DNA of 64,000 nucleotides from Candidatus Eiseniibacteriota bacterium (GCA_963702435.1 CAVPCR010000004.1:416001-480000); one strand, 5' to 3'. Shown: positions 1 through 9,633, counted from the first letter of the stretch. The notes: generated from the letters alone by a model not told the origin. A program made the numbers and translations.

Positions 1-299
1 GCGGCGTGGCGGCGGCAGCTCGCTCTCGCGGTCCTCTGTCTCCGGTCGCGTGCAGAGCGCCGTGACGAAGCGGCTGCCGAACTCGCGCCAATGGCTGAAC
101 ACCGGCGGAAGGACACCTGCCCCACCTCGGCGGCTCCGAGCCGGAGGAGGCCATGCCCGGCTCCGCGATGGAACGCCCGTCGGATTCGTTCGCCGAGCAC
201 CGGGCCGAGCAAGGGGGCATCGTCCTGCGGCACGATCACCAGGCGACCGTGGGGCGTGAGAGAAGGGGTCAGTCCAAGCTCGGTCGAGGTGGACGTCAT
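1..299 (-). CDS. N-terminus of a probable SNF2-family helicase, running off the window, with an apparent frameshift near 115
   Basis: Manual translation gives MTSTSTELGLTPSLTPHGRL...AFHRGAGHGLLRLGAAEVGQ, then after a 2-nt shift VLPPVFSHWREFGSRFVTALCT. This resembles the N-terminus of SWIM-associated SNF2 helicases. The ATG overlaps the upstream TGA (ATGA). Confidence 0.55.
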   Translation of the reverse strand, partial: MTSTSTELGLTPSLTPHGRLVIVPQDDAPLLGPVLGERIRRAFHRGAGHGLLRLGAAEVGQVSFRRCSAIGASSAAASSRRSARDRRQRTARASCRRHA

Positions 300-583
300 C
301 TCTGCGCGCCCTTGCCGAGGTGGCGCATGAGATCGTCGATGAACCACGAGGGGGGAGGTGCTCCGGCAGACCGGTACTCGACAGGGACGACGACGTAGAA
401 GCCGCGCTTCGGGACGACCAGGCGGCCCTTGCCGGCGAGCCGCATCACTGCCTTCTTGAGCATCACGGCGCTCGTCCCGAGCGCGGCCAGCGCCTCGGTG
501 CGATCGAAGGTGTACCGACCTGCGCCCTGCAGGTCGTTCACAAGATCGGCCAGCGCTCGGTGTCTTGGTTCGTTGTCAGCCAC
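296..583 (-). pseudogene. Truncated AbiEi-type (type IV toxin-antitoxin) antitoxin, N-terminal wHTH only
   Basis: GRYTF...RLAGKGRLVVPKRGFYVVVPVEYRSAGAPPPSWFIDDLMRHL is typical of AbiEi. It ends before the usual YYVGLLSAA segment. GTG start with GGGGAG upstream. Confidence 0.7.
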
Positions 584-1274
584 GTCAGCTCCCCCAGGGA
601 CCATTGTCGGATGCACAAAGCACCTCGGAGAGGGCCTTTTTGCAATCGTTATCGCGATTCAGCCTTGACCTGCCGGCGGGCGAAATGCGGTGGCTGCGCG
701 GTTGCGCGCCGAGGTCCAAGGGGCTCAAGCGCCCTGAGTTCGGCGTTCGGCGGCGAGGTTGCCCTTCAAGCGACGGCCGCCTCTCCCACCGGGAGCCGTC
801 AACCCGGCGTCACAAGGAGGTCTCAGTTCATCGCGTGATTCGAACCTGCAACCGGTGCCGTCGCTTTGGGCAGCAAGCTCAGGGCGGGCACGAAGCCGCA
901 GGTACCTCATGGCCCGAATCGCCGCCGGTTCGGTGAGGAAGTCCATGTGTGCTCCTCTCTGGCTGAAGAAGCAGGTGGGGACTGGCTCCGGCGGCTGGAA
1001 CGGGAGAGGCGTCATAGGCCCTGCCGAAGCTAGTGACCACGACGCCTTTCGCGATGCAGCCGGGACGCCGTCTGGCGGCAGCGCTTCTTCTTTGGCCGTC
1101 GTGTCTACCGCTGACGCTGCTGTACGGCTCCCGTACCCGCCCCGCCTCGCAGACCGGCACATATGGCTCCCCATCTTGGACGGTGTGCGAACGATTCTCG
1201 TTCTTCGAGTCCCCCGGGTCATCCGGCCGGACCATCCGCCTCCCCCCGCGGCCGAGGGCCCCATCCATCCCGAG

Positions 1275-1369
1275 GCGACCAGGGAGATGGCATGGAGCAG
1301 GGCCGATCGGACGTGCTGCGTCCAGCTTCTCGGCAGCGCGACGCGGTGCGAGACGTGAGAGGACGTCAT
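1275..1369 (-). pseudogene. Short N-terminal remnant of an integrase-core transposase
   Basis: MTSSHVSHRVALPRSWTQHVRSALLHAISL resembles the start of a transposase family common in Planctomycetes-like genomes, then breaks off. Confidence 0.4.
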
Positions 1370-1444
1370 CCTGCGCTCCCGGTAACTCCGCTGCCGCTCT
1401 TCGCAGTGGACCCGCCGCCCGTGCCAAGGTAGAATCGGTTCCGC

Positions 1445-1921
1445 ATGGACTTCGGTGAAGCCAAACGAATCCTGGCCGCCTTCGAGCGAGAGGGAGTCCG
1501 TTACGTGCTCGTGGGCTCGATGGCCATGGCCGCGCAGGGGCTCATCCGAGCCACGCGGGACATGGACTTGTTCGTGGCTGCCGACCCGGAGAACATCGCC
1601 CGTCTCCGCTGTGCGCTCAAGACGCTCTTCCCTGAGGATCCCAATGTGGACCTGATCACGGCAGAGGACCTCGGGGGAAGCTATCCCGCGATCGAGTACA
1701 CACCACCTCATGGCCTCTACTCGCTCGACATCCTGACCCGGCTTGGCGAGGCGTTCCGGTTCGAGGACTTGGAGGCGGAGGCGATCGTCGTGGAGGGCAT
1801 CACGATCCGGGTTGCCACGCCGCGCACGCTTTACCGCATGAAGAGGGGGACGGCCCGGCCGCAGGACCGCATTGACGCCGCCGCTATCCGTGAACGATTC
1901 GATCTCCCGGAGGATGCCTGA
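1445..1921 (+). CDS. Minimal nucleotidyltransferase (AbiEii/DUF6036-like)
   Basis: YVLVGSMAMAAQG-IRATRDMDL is the pol-beta G[GS]..DxD motif; C-terminal MKRGTARPQDRID. Confidence 0.8.
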   Translation: MDFGEAKRILAAFEREGVRYVLVGSMAMAAQGLIRATRDMDLFVAADPENIARLRCALKTLFPEDPNVDLITAEDLGGSYPAIEYTPPHGLYSLDILTRLGEAFRFEDLEAEAIVVEGITIRVATPRTLYRMKRGTARPQDRIDAAAIRERFDLPEDA

Positions 1922-2232
1922 TGGGAGTGCGGCGATACCGATCCGTGGAGGACATGCCCGCGGGCTCTCCCCGCCGCCCGCTGGATCCCGAGAACCTGGT
2001 GATTGCTTTCGGGCTCATGGATCTCGCGCACCGCATCGCCGCATTGTCATTCCCGCCCGGCATCAAGAAGTACCGCTCCCATGACGAAATGCTGCGCGCG
2101 CGCGAACGGTGGGCGGCGGCCGGGACCCACGGGTCACGCGACGGAGACGATTGCGGACTTCAAGGCCGCGGGGATCCGCACCTACATCCCCGAACCCAAA
2201 ACCCCCGGGGGCCGTCGCCGCTGGAAGGGTAA
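1921..2232 (+). CDS. Small protein coupled to the nucleotidyltransferase; the C-terminus after about 2125 is probably replaced by transposase DNA
   Basis: TGATG overlap with the upstream gene; internal repeat RRYRSVEDM / KKYRSHDEM. Confidence 0.55.
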   Translation: MGVRRYRSVEDMPAGSPRRPLDPENLVIAFGLMDLAHRIAALSFPPGIKKYRSHDEMLRARERWAAAGTHGSRDGDDCGLQGRGDPHLHPRTQNPRGPSPLEG

Positions 2233-2248
2233 ACCACCGGCCCCGTAG
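2130..2248 (+). pseudogene. Internal fragment of an IS1182/IS5-like DDE transposase
   Basis: GHATETIADFKAAGIRTYIPEPKTPGGRRRWKGK resembles the segment after the DKGY motif. Confidence 0.5.
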
Positions 2249-2255
2249 TATCTGC

Positions 2256-2296
2256 CTGTGCCTCCCGAAAACTGTCTCTCTGTCCCTCCCGAAAAC
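2256..2296 (+). repeat. 17-bp direct repeat, probably a duplicated left end of the integrase-core IS
   Basis: ctgtgcctcccgaaaac at 2256-2272 and ctgtccctcccgaaaac at 2280-2296. Confidence 0.6.
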
Positions 2297-2444
2297 CCCG
2301 TAGCCGCCTGCCCCAATTGAGTATGCGCCCGCTCGGCCTCGCCGTCCTGCCGTTCTTCCCGTGCCGACCAGCGGAATCGGGTACTCCCTTGCGTCGTGGT
2401 AGTCTCCCTGCTCTCCCCGCAGGCCCGAGCGGTTGCCGCGACCC

Positions 2445-3749
2445 ATGACGCCTATCTTCGCCGCCCTCTTCGCGTTCCTCGGCGCCAGCCTTCGTTCCCG
2501 GGCCTCGATGCAGCTTGAGATCCTCGCGCTCCGGCATCAGTTGGCCGTCTGCCAGCGATCTCTGAAGCGACCGCGTCTCCGGCCCGCCGACCGCCTCCTC
2601 TGGCCCTGGCTCGCCCGCCTCTGGCCGCGCTGGCGAGAAGCCCTCATGATCGTTCAGCCGAGAACCGTCATCACCTGGCAACGGCGCCGCTTCCGCGAGC
2701 ACTGGACCCGTCTCTGCCGCTCGGGGAAACCTGGACGGCCGTTGGTAGCGAAAGAAGTGCGTGTTCTCATCCGGCGGCTGTCGGCCGCCAATCCACTCTG
2801 GGGAGCACCGAGGATTGTCGGCGAGCTCGCCAAGATCGGAATCGCCGTGACCAAGGCCACGGTCGAGAAGTACACGCTCGCCAACTGGCATCCCCACCTG
2901 CACGTGCTCGCCACCGACGGCGCCTTTCGGCCCGACGGCACGTTCGTGCCGCTCGGTGTTCACTCGCTCGCGGTGCTGACCGAGGCGTTCCGCCGCGCCG
3001 TGCTCCGCGCCTTCGTCCAGCGCGGCCTGTTCAGCGCCGAGGTGGCCGCCTCCATGCGCGCCTGGCCCCACTCCGGCTTCCATGTCCACAACGCCGTGCG
3101 GCTCGATGGGGATGACCTCGGCGGCCTCTTGCCGCTCGCTCGCTACGCAGCCCGCGCCCCCCTCGCCCTCACCCGCATCACCTACGACGCTGCAAAGCCG
3201 CAGGTCCTGGTTGCCTCCGACAAGGCCGAAGGGCCCACCGCCGGGACGCATGCCTTCGCTCCTCTCGACTTCCTTGCCCAGCTCCTCACCCACATCCCGC
3301 GCCAGGGCGAACACCTCGTGCGCTACTACGGCGCGTATGCGAGCCGCACCCGCGGCACCTGGCGCCGGCAAGGGATCGGCCCCTGGGTCGAGCGGCAGCG
3401 CGGCGAGGGGGACCAAGAGGACGAGCCACCGGGTGCACCCCGCGATGCCAACGCTGATCCTGGCGGTGACCCGGTGGTGCCACCTCCGGAACCGCTATCC
3501 CCATCGCGGGCCGCGCTCAGGAAGCGCTGGGCGGAACTCCTCCGTCGCCTCTACGAGGTCGATCCGCTGAGTTGCCCGCGGTGCGGGGGCGAGATGCGGA
3601 TCATCGCCTTCCTCCTCGATCCACCGGTGATCGACGCCATCCTCCGCCACCTCCGCCGCGCTGCCTACGACGCGCGGGCCGGCCCGTGGGCGGAGGTGGT
3701 TGGGAGCAATGCGGTGGCGGGGGACGCCGGCCCGGCGGGGTGCGGCTAG
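2445..3749 (+). CDS. Chimeric transposase: integrase-core IS N-terminus fused in frame to the IS91/ISCR HUH domain
   Basis: LEILALRHQL...ANPLWGAPRIVGELAKIG..ATVEKY is joined at 2873 to TLANWHPHLH. The IS91 zinc-binding N-domain is absent. Confidence 0.85.
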   Translation: MTPIFAALFAFLGASLRSRASMQLEILALRHQLAVCQRSLKRPRLRPADRLLWPWLARLWPRWREALMIVQPRTVITWQRRRFREHWTRLCRSGKPGRPLVAKEVRVLIRRLSAANPLWGAPRIVGELAKIGIAVTKATVEKYTLANWHPHLHVLATDGAFRPDGTFVPLGVHSLAVLTEAFRRAVLRAFVQRGLFSAEVAASMRAWPHSGFHVHNAVRLDGDDLGGLLPLARYAARAPLALTRITYDAAKPQVLVASDKAEGPTAGTHAFAPLDFLAQLLTHIPRQGEHLVRYYGAYASRTRGTWRRQGIGPWVERQRGEGDQEDEPPGAPRDANADPGGDPVVPPPEPLSPSRAALRKRWAELLRRLYEVDPLSCPRCGGEMRIIAFLLDPPVIDAILRHLRRAAYDARAGPWAEVVGSNAVAGDAGPAGCG

Positions 3750-4021
3750 CCCGGCCGGCCGCGGCCAGCGCGCGGTTTGGGGTGCTGCCGATCACCATCG
3801 GCAGCGCAAGGGGAGAGGTGCGCCCAGCCGCGACCGGGCGTCGGTCGGCGGGGCCGCATCGCGGTGCGGCGGCCGCGGCCACCCCGCGGCAACGTCGGGC
3901 CACGACGCGCAGTCGCCGGTCACGCCACGCCGCGGACGCCTCCCGGTCGGTCGCGCGCGCGGCTTGGCTCCCCCTTCTCCTCCTCCTCCCAGGCTATTGA
4001 CGAAAGGAAATTCCTATCCCT
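2873..4021 (+). mobile_element. IS91/ISCR-like element, copy 1 (5'-truncated, ori end intact)
   Basis: Near-identical to the copy at 20309-22134 from cacgctcgccaactgg to aattcctatccct. Confidence 0.9.
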
Positions 4022-4256
4022 TGATCGGCTGTACGACGCTGAGGGCCAGAACGTCGGGTACTTTCGCGGTGATGTCGCGTATTCGCTTCAGGGAGATTAC
4101 CTCGGCGAGCTATACGACGACGAGCGCATCGGGAAGCGCACGACGCGCATGCAGAGCAGAGGAAGCGCGATGATGGGGCACGTCGGGATCGCCCTGATGA
4201 GGCAAGTCGGACGCGTCGGCCTGTCGGTTGCTGGGTGGTCAGACCCGGATTTCTAA
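4022..4256 (+). pseudogene. 5'-truncated small protein resembling the 4-fold beta-flower family
   Basis: LYDAEGQNVGYFRGDVAYSLQGDYLGEL has a repeated beta-hairpin pattern. It has no start codon of its own and begins at the IS end. Confidence 0.5.
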
Positions 4257-4311
4257 CCTCGAGGCAGCTCTGACGCGGGAGTTGGGGTAATGGAGTTGCG
4301 GAGGGACGCTA

Positions 4312-4345
4312 AAAAGGGCCCCAGGTGAGTGCCTGGAGCCCTTTT
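4312..4345. terminator. Bidirectional intrinsic terminator
   Basis: aaaagggccccagg-tgagtg-cctggagccctttt between convergent ORFs. Confidence 0.75.
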
Positions 4346-4362
4346 CGAGGCGTGTTCAGTGA

Positions 4363-5097
4363 CTAAGGACCGGATGGTTGACACGTGTCAATGCCGGGGA
4401 CCTCTACGCCGATGGCTCCTCGCTGATCTTGTGGAATGGGCGTGGGCATGTTTCCACCGGCGGTTATAACATGGGTCCCGAGGGGGAACTCAGCCTCGGC
4501 GATGGTGAGCATCGTTCCTGGATTCCCAGCTCGGATGAGCAGGCGGCCGATAGGAGCAAGATCTCCACCACGCAGAGGGTTGAAAGCGACGGCATAGTTA
4601 CCATTGCCAGTACAGGGCGTGACCACCTCGATGGCTCCTGATCGGCAGCTGCCGATCCATCCGTAGCAAGTCCAGCTTGGATCCCATGAGAGGCGCAGCT
4701 GGATGCCGGTCACGGCCTCGTAGTCAATGAGGTAGACGTACACGATGACGAGCGCTGCGGAGTCGACCGTGGTGGTCGCGGTCTGCGTGGCGCAGTCGAG
4801 TCCCTGGAGCTGCGGCGTCTCACAAGTGGAGGCCGGATCGTAGGACACAGCGTGGAGGACGATGCGCGTATCTGCGTTGGGTGTGCTTGGTGGCGCCTCG
4901 ACGGGGGTGGGGGTGACATCGGTGACTCCAGACGTGTCGATGACGACGCCTACGGAGTCATCTACCTGTAGATGGCCGTCGCCTGGCACCACCGCTGGGG
5001 GGTTGATGGCTTTGTTCCCGGGAGGGGCGCCGGGATCAAGACAGCTCAGTGCGGCCATGAGGCCCAGGAGCACTGAGACCAGAGTAAGGTTTTTCAT
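4363..5097 (-). CDS. Lipoprotein of unknown function (beta-sandwich/cohesin-like)
   Basis: AAGGAG RBS; MKNLTLVSVLLGLMAALS-C lipobox-like signal; Pro/Thr linker then a Cys-containing beta-rich domain. Confidence 0.7.
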   Translation of the reverse strand: MKNLTLVSVLLGLMAALSCLDPGAPPGNKAINPPAVVPGDGHLQVDDSVGVVIDTSGVTDVTPTPVEAPPSTPNADTRIVLHAVSYDPASTCETPQLQGLDCATQTATTTVDSAALVIVYVYLIDYEAVTGIQLRLSWDPSWTCYGWIGSCRSGAIEVVTPCTGNGNYAVAFNPLRGGDLAPIGRLLIRAGNPGTMLTIAEAEFPLGTHVITAGGNMPTPIPQDQRGAIGVEVPGIDTCQPSGP

Positions 5098-5113
5098 TTC
5101 GGTACTCCTTTGC

Positions 5114-6350
5114 TTACCTGAGGACAATGGCCTTATGGGTGAGGTCTCGGCCGGCGGCGTGGATGCGGTAGAAGTAGACGCCGGAGGAGACCGGTTGCCC
5201 GCCATCAGTGCGGCCGTCCCAGGTGGCGGCGTGCTCGCCGGGGTCTTCGAAACGGTCGACGAGCCGGCGGATGAGGCGACCACTGGGCGTGAGGACATCG
5301 AGAGTTACGTGCCCGCGAGTCGGGAGCTGGTAGGTGATGCGGGCAGATCCGGGCGAGGGGTTCGGCGCTATCCCGCGAAGCGCAAACGGTGGGGCCATCG
5401 GCACGTGATCCCGGACGGCGTAGACGAGTCCGAGACAGTTCGTGCCCTTGGGGACGCCGATGTCGAGAAAGATGTTCCCTGGTTCGTTCGCAAAGGGGTA
5501 CCCGAAGGTGTCCCATCCTTCGCAGAACTCAGAGAATTCATAGATGAAGTGCCCGCCGATCATGTAGTTGACCGAGACATCGGCGATCTCAGTTATCCCG
5601 GTATAGAAGGTGGTGCTGTTGTCGTCATCGTTATAGGCGTCGTGGTCGTTGGGAAGGTCGTAGATGTCCCAGAGGTGGGTGGCGACGGCACGCTCCGCCG
5701 ATTCCCCGCGCGGGTAAGGGGTGTTTCCGCCCCATTCGAGGTCGTAGGTCTCGGGCAGCGTGTCGTTGAGGGCACCGTTGTAGACGTAATCTTCGAACAG
5801 GAAATCGTTGGTGGCCCCGCACGGGTAGAACCACGCCCAGCCTTCACTGTACGCGCAGTATGGGTCGGTGACAGCCCCCCAGTGATGGCTGTTGCAGGGG
5901 GTGGTCGGCGGTGGGAGGGCCGCAAGGGTGTTCAACACGTGATGGGCATATTCATGGCCGATGATGTCGAAGTCCCACTCATCGAATCGAATGTCGCTTG
6001 GTGGATTGCTGTAGCCATCGAGGTGGATGATCGCATCTAGGCGTGTGTAGTAGGAGTATGTTTGTGGTAGCGTGCGGTCCCAAATGCACTGGACTGGCGG
6101 GGCAGTGTAACCGGTCGCCGTCTCGGTGAAGTGGGCGAGGTCGTAAAGGTCGTATGTGATGTTGAAAGCACCGCGCTCGGTGCCGGTATAGGTGAAGGCC
6201 CCATAGAGGCCTTCGAGATCGATGAAGTTGGCGTTGTTGACGTACCGGGCCGCAAGGGGAAGCCAGACGCCATATCCATAGAGGTAGTCGTCTTGATCGA
6301 CAACGGTCCGGTAGTCGACCAGGTCGGTGGTCCATGTCGGGATGAAGAGC
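5114..6350 (-). pseudogene. C-terminal half of a secreted Zn-metallopeptidase with FlgD-Ig domain, interrupted by a transposon
   Basis: The frame is open from 6349 to the stop at 5114: DEWDFDIIGHEYAHH (HExxH), AYSEGWAWF, PNPSPG...WDGRTDGGQPVSSGVYFYRI. Confidence 0.85.
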
Positions 6351-6407
6351 TGTGAGCGTGGGCGCGGTGTTTGATGGCATTTGAGTCACGCATGTCGAGG
6401 GGAGTGT

Positions 6408-7247
6408 TTATCGCGCCTTGGCGCGGCCGCGGTCGGGGACCTTCGGCACGGTGAAGACCTCGAGGTAGAGCTTTTCGTCGAGCTGGCGTGCATCACGCTG
6501 AACGGCAGCATCGAGGAGCTCTCCGGCCATGGTCATGAGGATGCGGTAGTTGCCGGCGGCGTGCTCGCAGAGCGTGGTCATGAGCTCGGTCGTCATCAAG
6601 TGCGGGTTTCCGGTCTGGTTGAGGGCGTGACGCAAGCATTCGAGCAGTTCCTGTGGAGTGGCGGGCTGGAGGACGAGGCGAACACGCATCCGGCTGCCGA
6701 GGGGAAGGAGCTCCTCGCCGCGGAAGTTCTCGGTCAGGCGAGAGTCACCGCCGAGGACGACGGTGAGGAGCGCGCGGGAGTCGAGCTCGGTGGCGCAGAG
6801 CAGGCGGAGCTCGTTGAGCACGGCGGGCCGCATCTCCTGTGCCTCGTCGACGATGAGCACGGGACGGAGGAGAGCGGCTTCGATGTGCGCTTGCCAGCGT
6901 TCGCGGAGCACCCGGGCTCCGGCCCAGCGGTTGTGGGGTGAGAGCTGAACGCCGAACAGGTCGCCGAGCTCGCGGTAGAAGTCGGGGACGCCGCTCTGGG
7001 GACGGGTGAGGATCCCGACCATGAGGTCACGATGTCCGGAGAGCTTGTCGACGAGGAGCCGCAGCGCGACCGACTTGCCGAGTCCGGGATCGCCGGTGAT
7101 CAGGGCGAAGCCTCCTTCGCGGGTCAGGTTCTCGACGCGCCACGAGAAGTGCTCGAGCTTGGGAGTGAGGAGGAGCGCCTCGATGGGGACCTCGGGCGAG
7201 AAGGGGTTCCACTTGAGGCCATGGAGCGAGAGGAGCTTCGGGTTCAT
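6408..7247 (-). CDS. ExeA/GspA-family AAA ATPase (TnsC/MuB-like transposition helper)
   Basis: Walker A GDPGLGKS, Walker B LIVDEAQ, N-terminal GLKWNPF; overlaps the transposase stop. Confidence 0.9.
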   Translation of the reverse strand: MNPKLLSLHGLKWNPFSPEVPIEALLLTPKLEHFSWRVENLTREGGFALITGDPGLGKSVALRLLVDKLSGHRDLMVGILTRPQSGVPDFYRELGDLFGVQLSPHNRWAGARVLRERWQAHIEAALLRPVLIVDEAQEMRPAVLNELRLLCATELDSRALLTVVLGGDSRLTENFRGEELLPLGSRMRVRLVLQPATPQELLECLRHALNQTGNPHLMTTELMTTLCEHAAGNYRILMTMAGELLDAAVQRDARQLDEKLYLEVFTVPKVPDRGRAKAR

Positions 7248-8764
7248 GGCTGGTCCTCCTGGAGAGTGGTCTGCGGGGGCGGCGCGTGGTGCGCGGCGAG
7301 TGGATACGGTGCGGGTTTCGGGAGATAGGCCGGCGGGAGGCCGGTGGCGGCGTAATCTTTCATCAGCTGGCGCATCAACGGCGCCATGCCGGACTCGGTC
7401 GGCGGATCCTGATCGCGGGTGGCGAGGGGATCTTCAGGCAGTCGACGCCTGAGGCCGTCAGCGTTACGTGCCTTGTCGAGGGGGTAAAGTTGACAGAGTA
7501 CCGCTCCCGTGCGTTCGTCGACGAGGTGAACCTGAGAGAGGTCCCAGGTGGCGTAGCGCACGGCGACGCGTTCGAGGGTGCGGTAGTGCGCGGGGATCTC
7601 GAAGCGGCATCCCTCGAGCGTCAGGGTGCCGTCGCTACGGCGCTGAGTGCGCCGCACTTCGATCGTGAAGGCGAGGCGCAGCGGCTGGCTGTCGGGGCTC
7701 GATCGGCCGACGTCGGGTCCTTGGAGGTAGCGTTCGACGGGGGACTGGTGGATCTCGGAGTGCACGGTGCGGTTGTACTCCATCTCGGCCCAAGCCTGGG
7801 TGGCCTCGTTGAGAAGCGGCAGCGTCAGGTCGCGCACTCCTTCGAGCATGGCGATCAGCCGTCCTTCGAGCTGGGCCCAGAAGACTTCTTGTTTGGCGTT
7901 CTGGTAGGCGGAGTAGGGCAAGGTCAGGTGATGGAGGATGCCGAGCCGGGCCAGGCCCTGGGTCACCTCGCCAGCCTTCATGGCGGTGCCGTTGTCGCTC
8001 ATCAACGACCTCGGCAACGAGCGCTTCTGAATCGCCTGCGAGAGACCATGCACGAGGTTCTCCGCGTTCTCAGCGTGGTACCATTGCGCGTGACAGACCA
8101 ATCGTGAGCGATCATCGAGGATCGCCAGAACCTGCGGGATCACCCACTCGCCGTCGGGCGTGAGCACCTTCTTCGAGCCGGCGTGGAAGTCGAGATGCCA
8201 AAGCCCGTGGACGTACTCGGCCTCGAAGCTACGCACCTCGCGCTCATCGAGCCGTGCTTCGGCGCGTCGCACCCCGGTGGTGTCGGCGCTGGAGACCCGG
8301 CGCCGCTTCCACAGCCCGTTGGCCTTCATGAACCGACGGACGGTCGAGTACGAGGGTAGCGGCCCGAGGGTCGGATCCGCACCCGCCAGCACTGCGAGGT
8401 TGTCGTAGTGCAGCGCGTAGCTCCAACCGCGGTGGGCCTTGTACAGTTCGTGAATCGCCTGCTTGAGCCCGTCCCCGATCGCGAGCGCCCGGCCGGAGTC
8501 CTTGCGGATCTTGCGCCGAAGCACCCTGACTGGATCGAACCGCTCCCGCTTCGCCTGGTGATACCAACGTTCGATGGTCGACACCCCGAACTGCATCGGT
8601 CGAGCGGTCACGGGGTGGAGCCACTGCTTCTCGGCCAGCTTCCGGAGCTCGCCCTGAAGCTCGCCACGCGCCGGCGGCGCCGCCAGGAGCGGGCCGATCA
8701 CCGAGAAGCGCAGATGCGCCCAGCGTTCGTGGACCGTGAGCTTACGGTTCTCGTCGTCTGCCAT
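7244..8764 (-). CDS. DDE transposase/integrase (rve plus Mu-like C-terminus)
   Basis: LWHLDFH, ILDDRSR, MSDNG, PYSAYQNAKQE, YNRTVHSE, RSDGTLTLEG. Confidence 0.9.
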   Translation of the reverse strand: MADDENRKLTVHERWAHLRFSVIGPLLAAPPARGELQGELRKLAEKQWLHPVTARPMQFGVSTIERWYHQAKRERFDPVRVLRRKIRKDSGRALAIGDGLKQAIHELYKAHRGWSYALHYDNLAVLAGADPTLGPLPSYSTVRRFMKANGLWKRRRVSSADTTGVRRAEARLDEREVRSFEAEYVHGLWHLDFHAGSKKVLTPDGEWVIPQVLAILDDRSRLVCHAQWYHAENAENLVHGLSQAIQKRSLPRSLMSDNGTAMKAGEVTQGLARLGILHHLTLPYSAYQNAKQEVFWAQLEGRLIAMLEGVRDLTLPLLNEATQAWAEMEYNRTVHSEIHQSPVERYLQGPDVGRSSPDSQPLRLAFTIEVRRTQRRSDGTLTLEGCRFEIPAHYRTLERVAVRYATWDLSQVHLVDERTGAVLCQLYPLDKARNADGLRRRLPEDPLATRDQDPPTESGMAPLMRQLMKDYAATGLPPAYLPKPAPYPLAAHHAPPPQTTLQEDQP

Positions 8765-8821
8765 CGCGTTCGCCTCCCTTTCGGGCGGCCGAGCCTGGCC
8801 GCCGTGATGTGGGAGCGGACG

Positions 8822-9460
8822 CTAATCGCGGTCACCCTCGGCCCGCACCGCGCGTCTTCTGCGGGTGGCCCGCGGGGTCACCCGGCGCCGCACATAGCTT
8901 GCGCATTCCGGCGCCGACGCGGTGGTGATCGGGGAGAGGAATCGCAGGAGGGCGATCAGCCGGGAACGGTCATCGCCAGGGAAGCGACCGAGGAGCACGC
9001 GGGGTAGATCCATCGCGAGCAGGCGTCCGGTGAACCGGCCGCGGGCCACGCTCCAGAACCGGCTACGCGCGAAGGTGGTGCGCCACCACCGGCGCCACCG
9101 GGCCAGGGTCCGGGAGCTCACCCCCAGCCATTGCCGAAGCTGCCGTTGAGCGCGCCCCCGCCCTCGCATCGCCGCCAGGACGACCACCGCCGCGGAGTAA
9201 ACCCGCCGGCCCAAGAAGCGTACCGAAGGTGGCGTCAGCCGCCGCCGGCACCCCTCCACGGCGCAGCACAAGCTCAGTCGGAGGTCATACCGGACCGCCA
9301 ACCGCTCTGGAAGACCCCGCGGCTTACGGGGGTAGTTCGCCTGGTCGACCCTCCCGCCGCACCACCCGCACCCCCCGCGGCGGGCCGCCCGGGCGAGATC
9401 CTGGTCGTACTGAAAAAGGACCTCGTAGAGCCGCTCGTCCCTGAGCAGATCCTGGTACAA
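8822..9460 (-). CDS. Transposon accessory protein with Cys clusters and HTH
   Basis: CGWCGG...ANYPRKPRG...SLCCAVEGCRRRLTPPSVRFLGRRVY...GVSSRTLARWRRWW. TTG start after AGGAGG (ATG at 9466 is an alternative). Confidence 0.75.
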   Translation of the reverse strand: MYQDLLRDERLYEVLFQYDQDLARAARRGGCGWCGGRVDQANYPRKPRGLPERLAVRYDLRLSLCCAVEGCRRRLTPPSVRFLGRRVYSAAVVVLAAMRGRGRAQRQLRQWLGVSSRTLARWRRWWRTTFARSRFWSVARGRFTGRLLAMDLPRVLLGRFPGDDRSRLIALLRFLSPITTASAPECASYVRRRVTPRATRRRRAVRAEGDRD

Positions 9461-9633
9461 TCCCATCCTCCTTCGTCTTTGCTGGACTGAAGGAGGAAAC
9501 CCCCTCGGGGCGCTTGAATCAAGCTCCTTGAGGGGGTTCTGCTTGCACTCCCTGATGGCGCCTCGGACGATTCCATCAGTGATCGTGATCCGAAACGCCG
9601 TCCCCGACCATCAACTTTCTTGCTTACGCTGAC

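Noticed and set aside
705..755. attC-like half sites here and near 4251, 27492 and 46054
   Set aside because: No complete paired R''/R' boxes could be built and there is no integron integrase in the window. An IntegronFinder run would settle it.
835..853. tRNA-like T-arm (minus strand ggttgcaggttcgaatcac)
   Set aside because: The T stem is mismatched and there is no acceptor, D or anticodon arm.
725..946. Small ORF MDFLTEP... with a GAGGAG RBS
   Set aside because: No recognisable motif; too weak to call.
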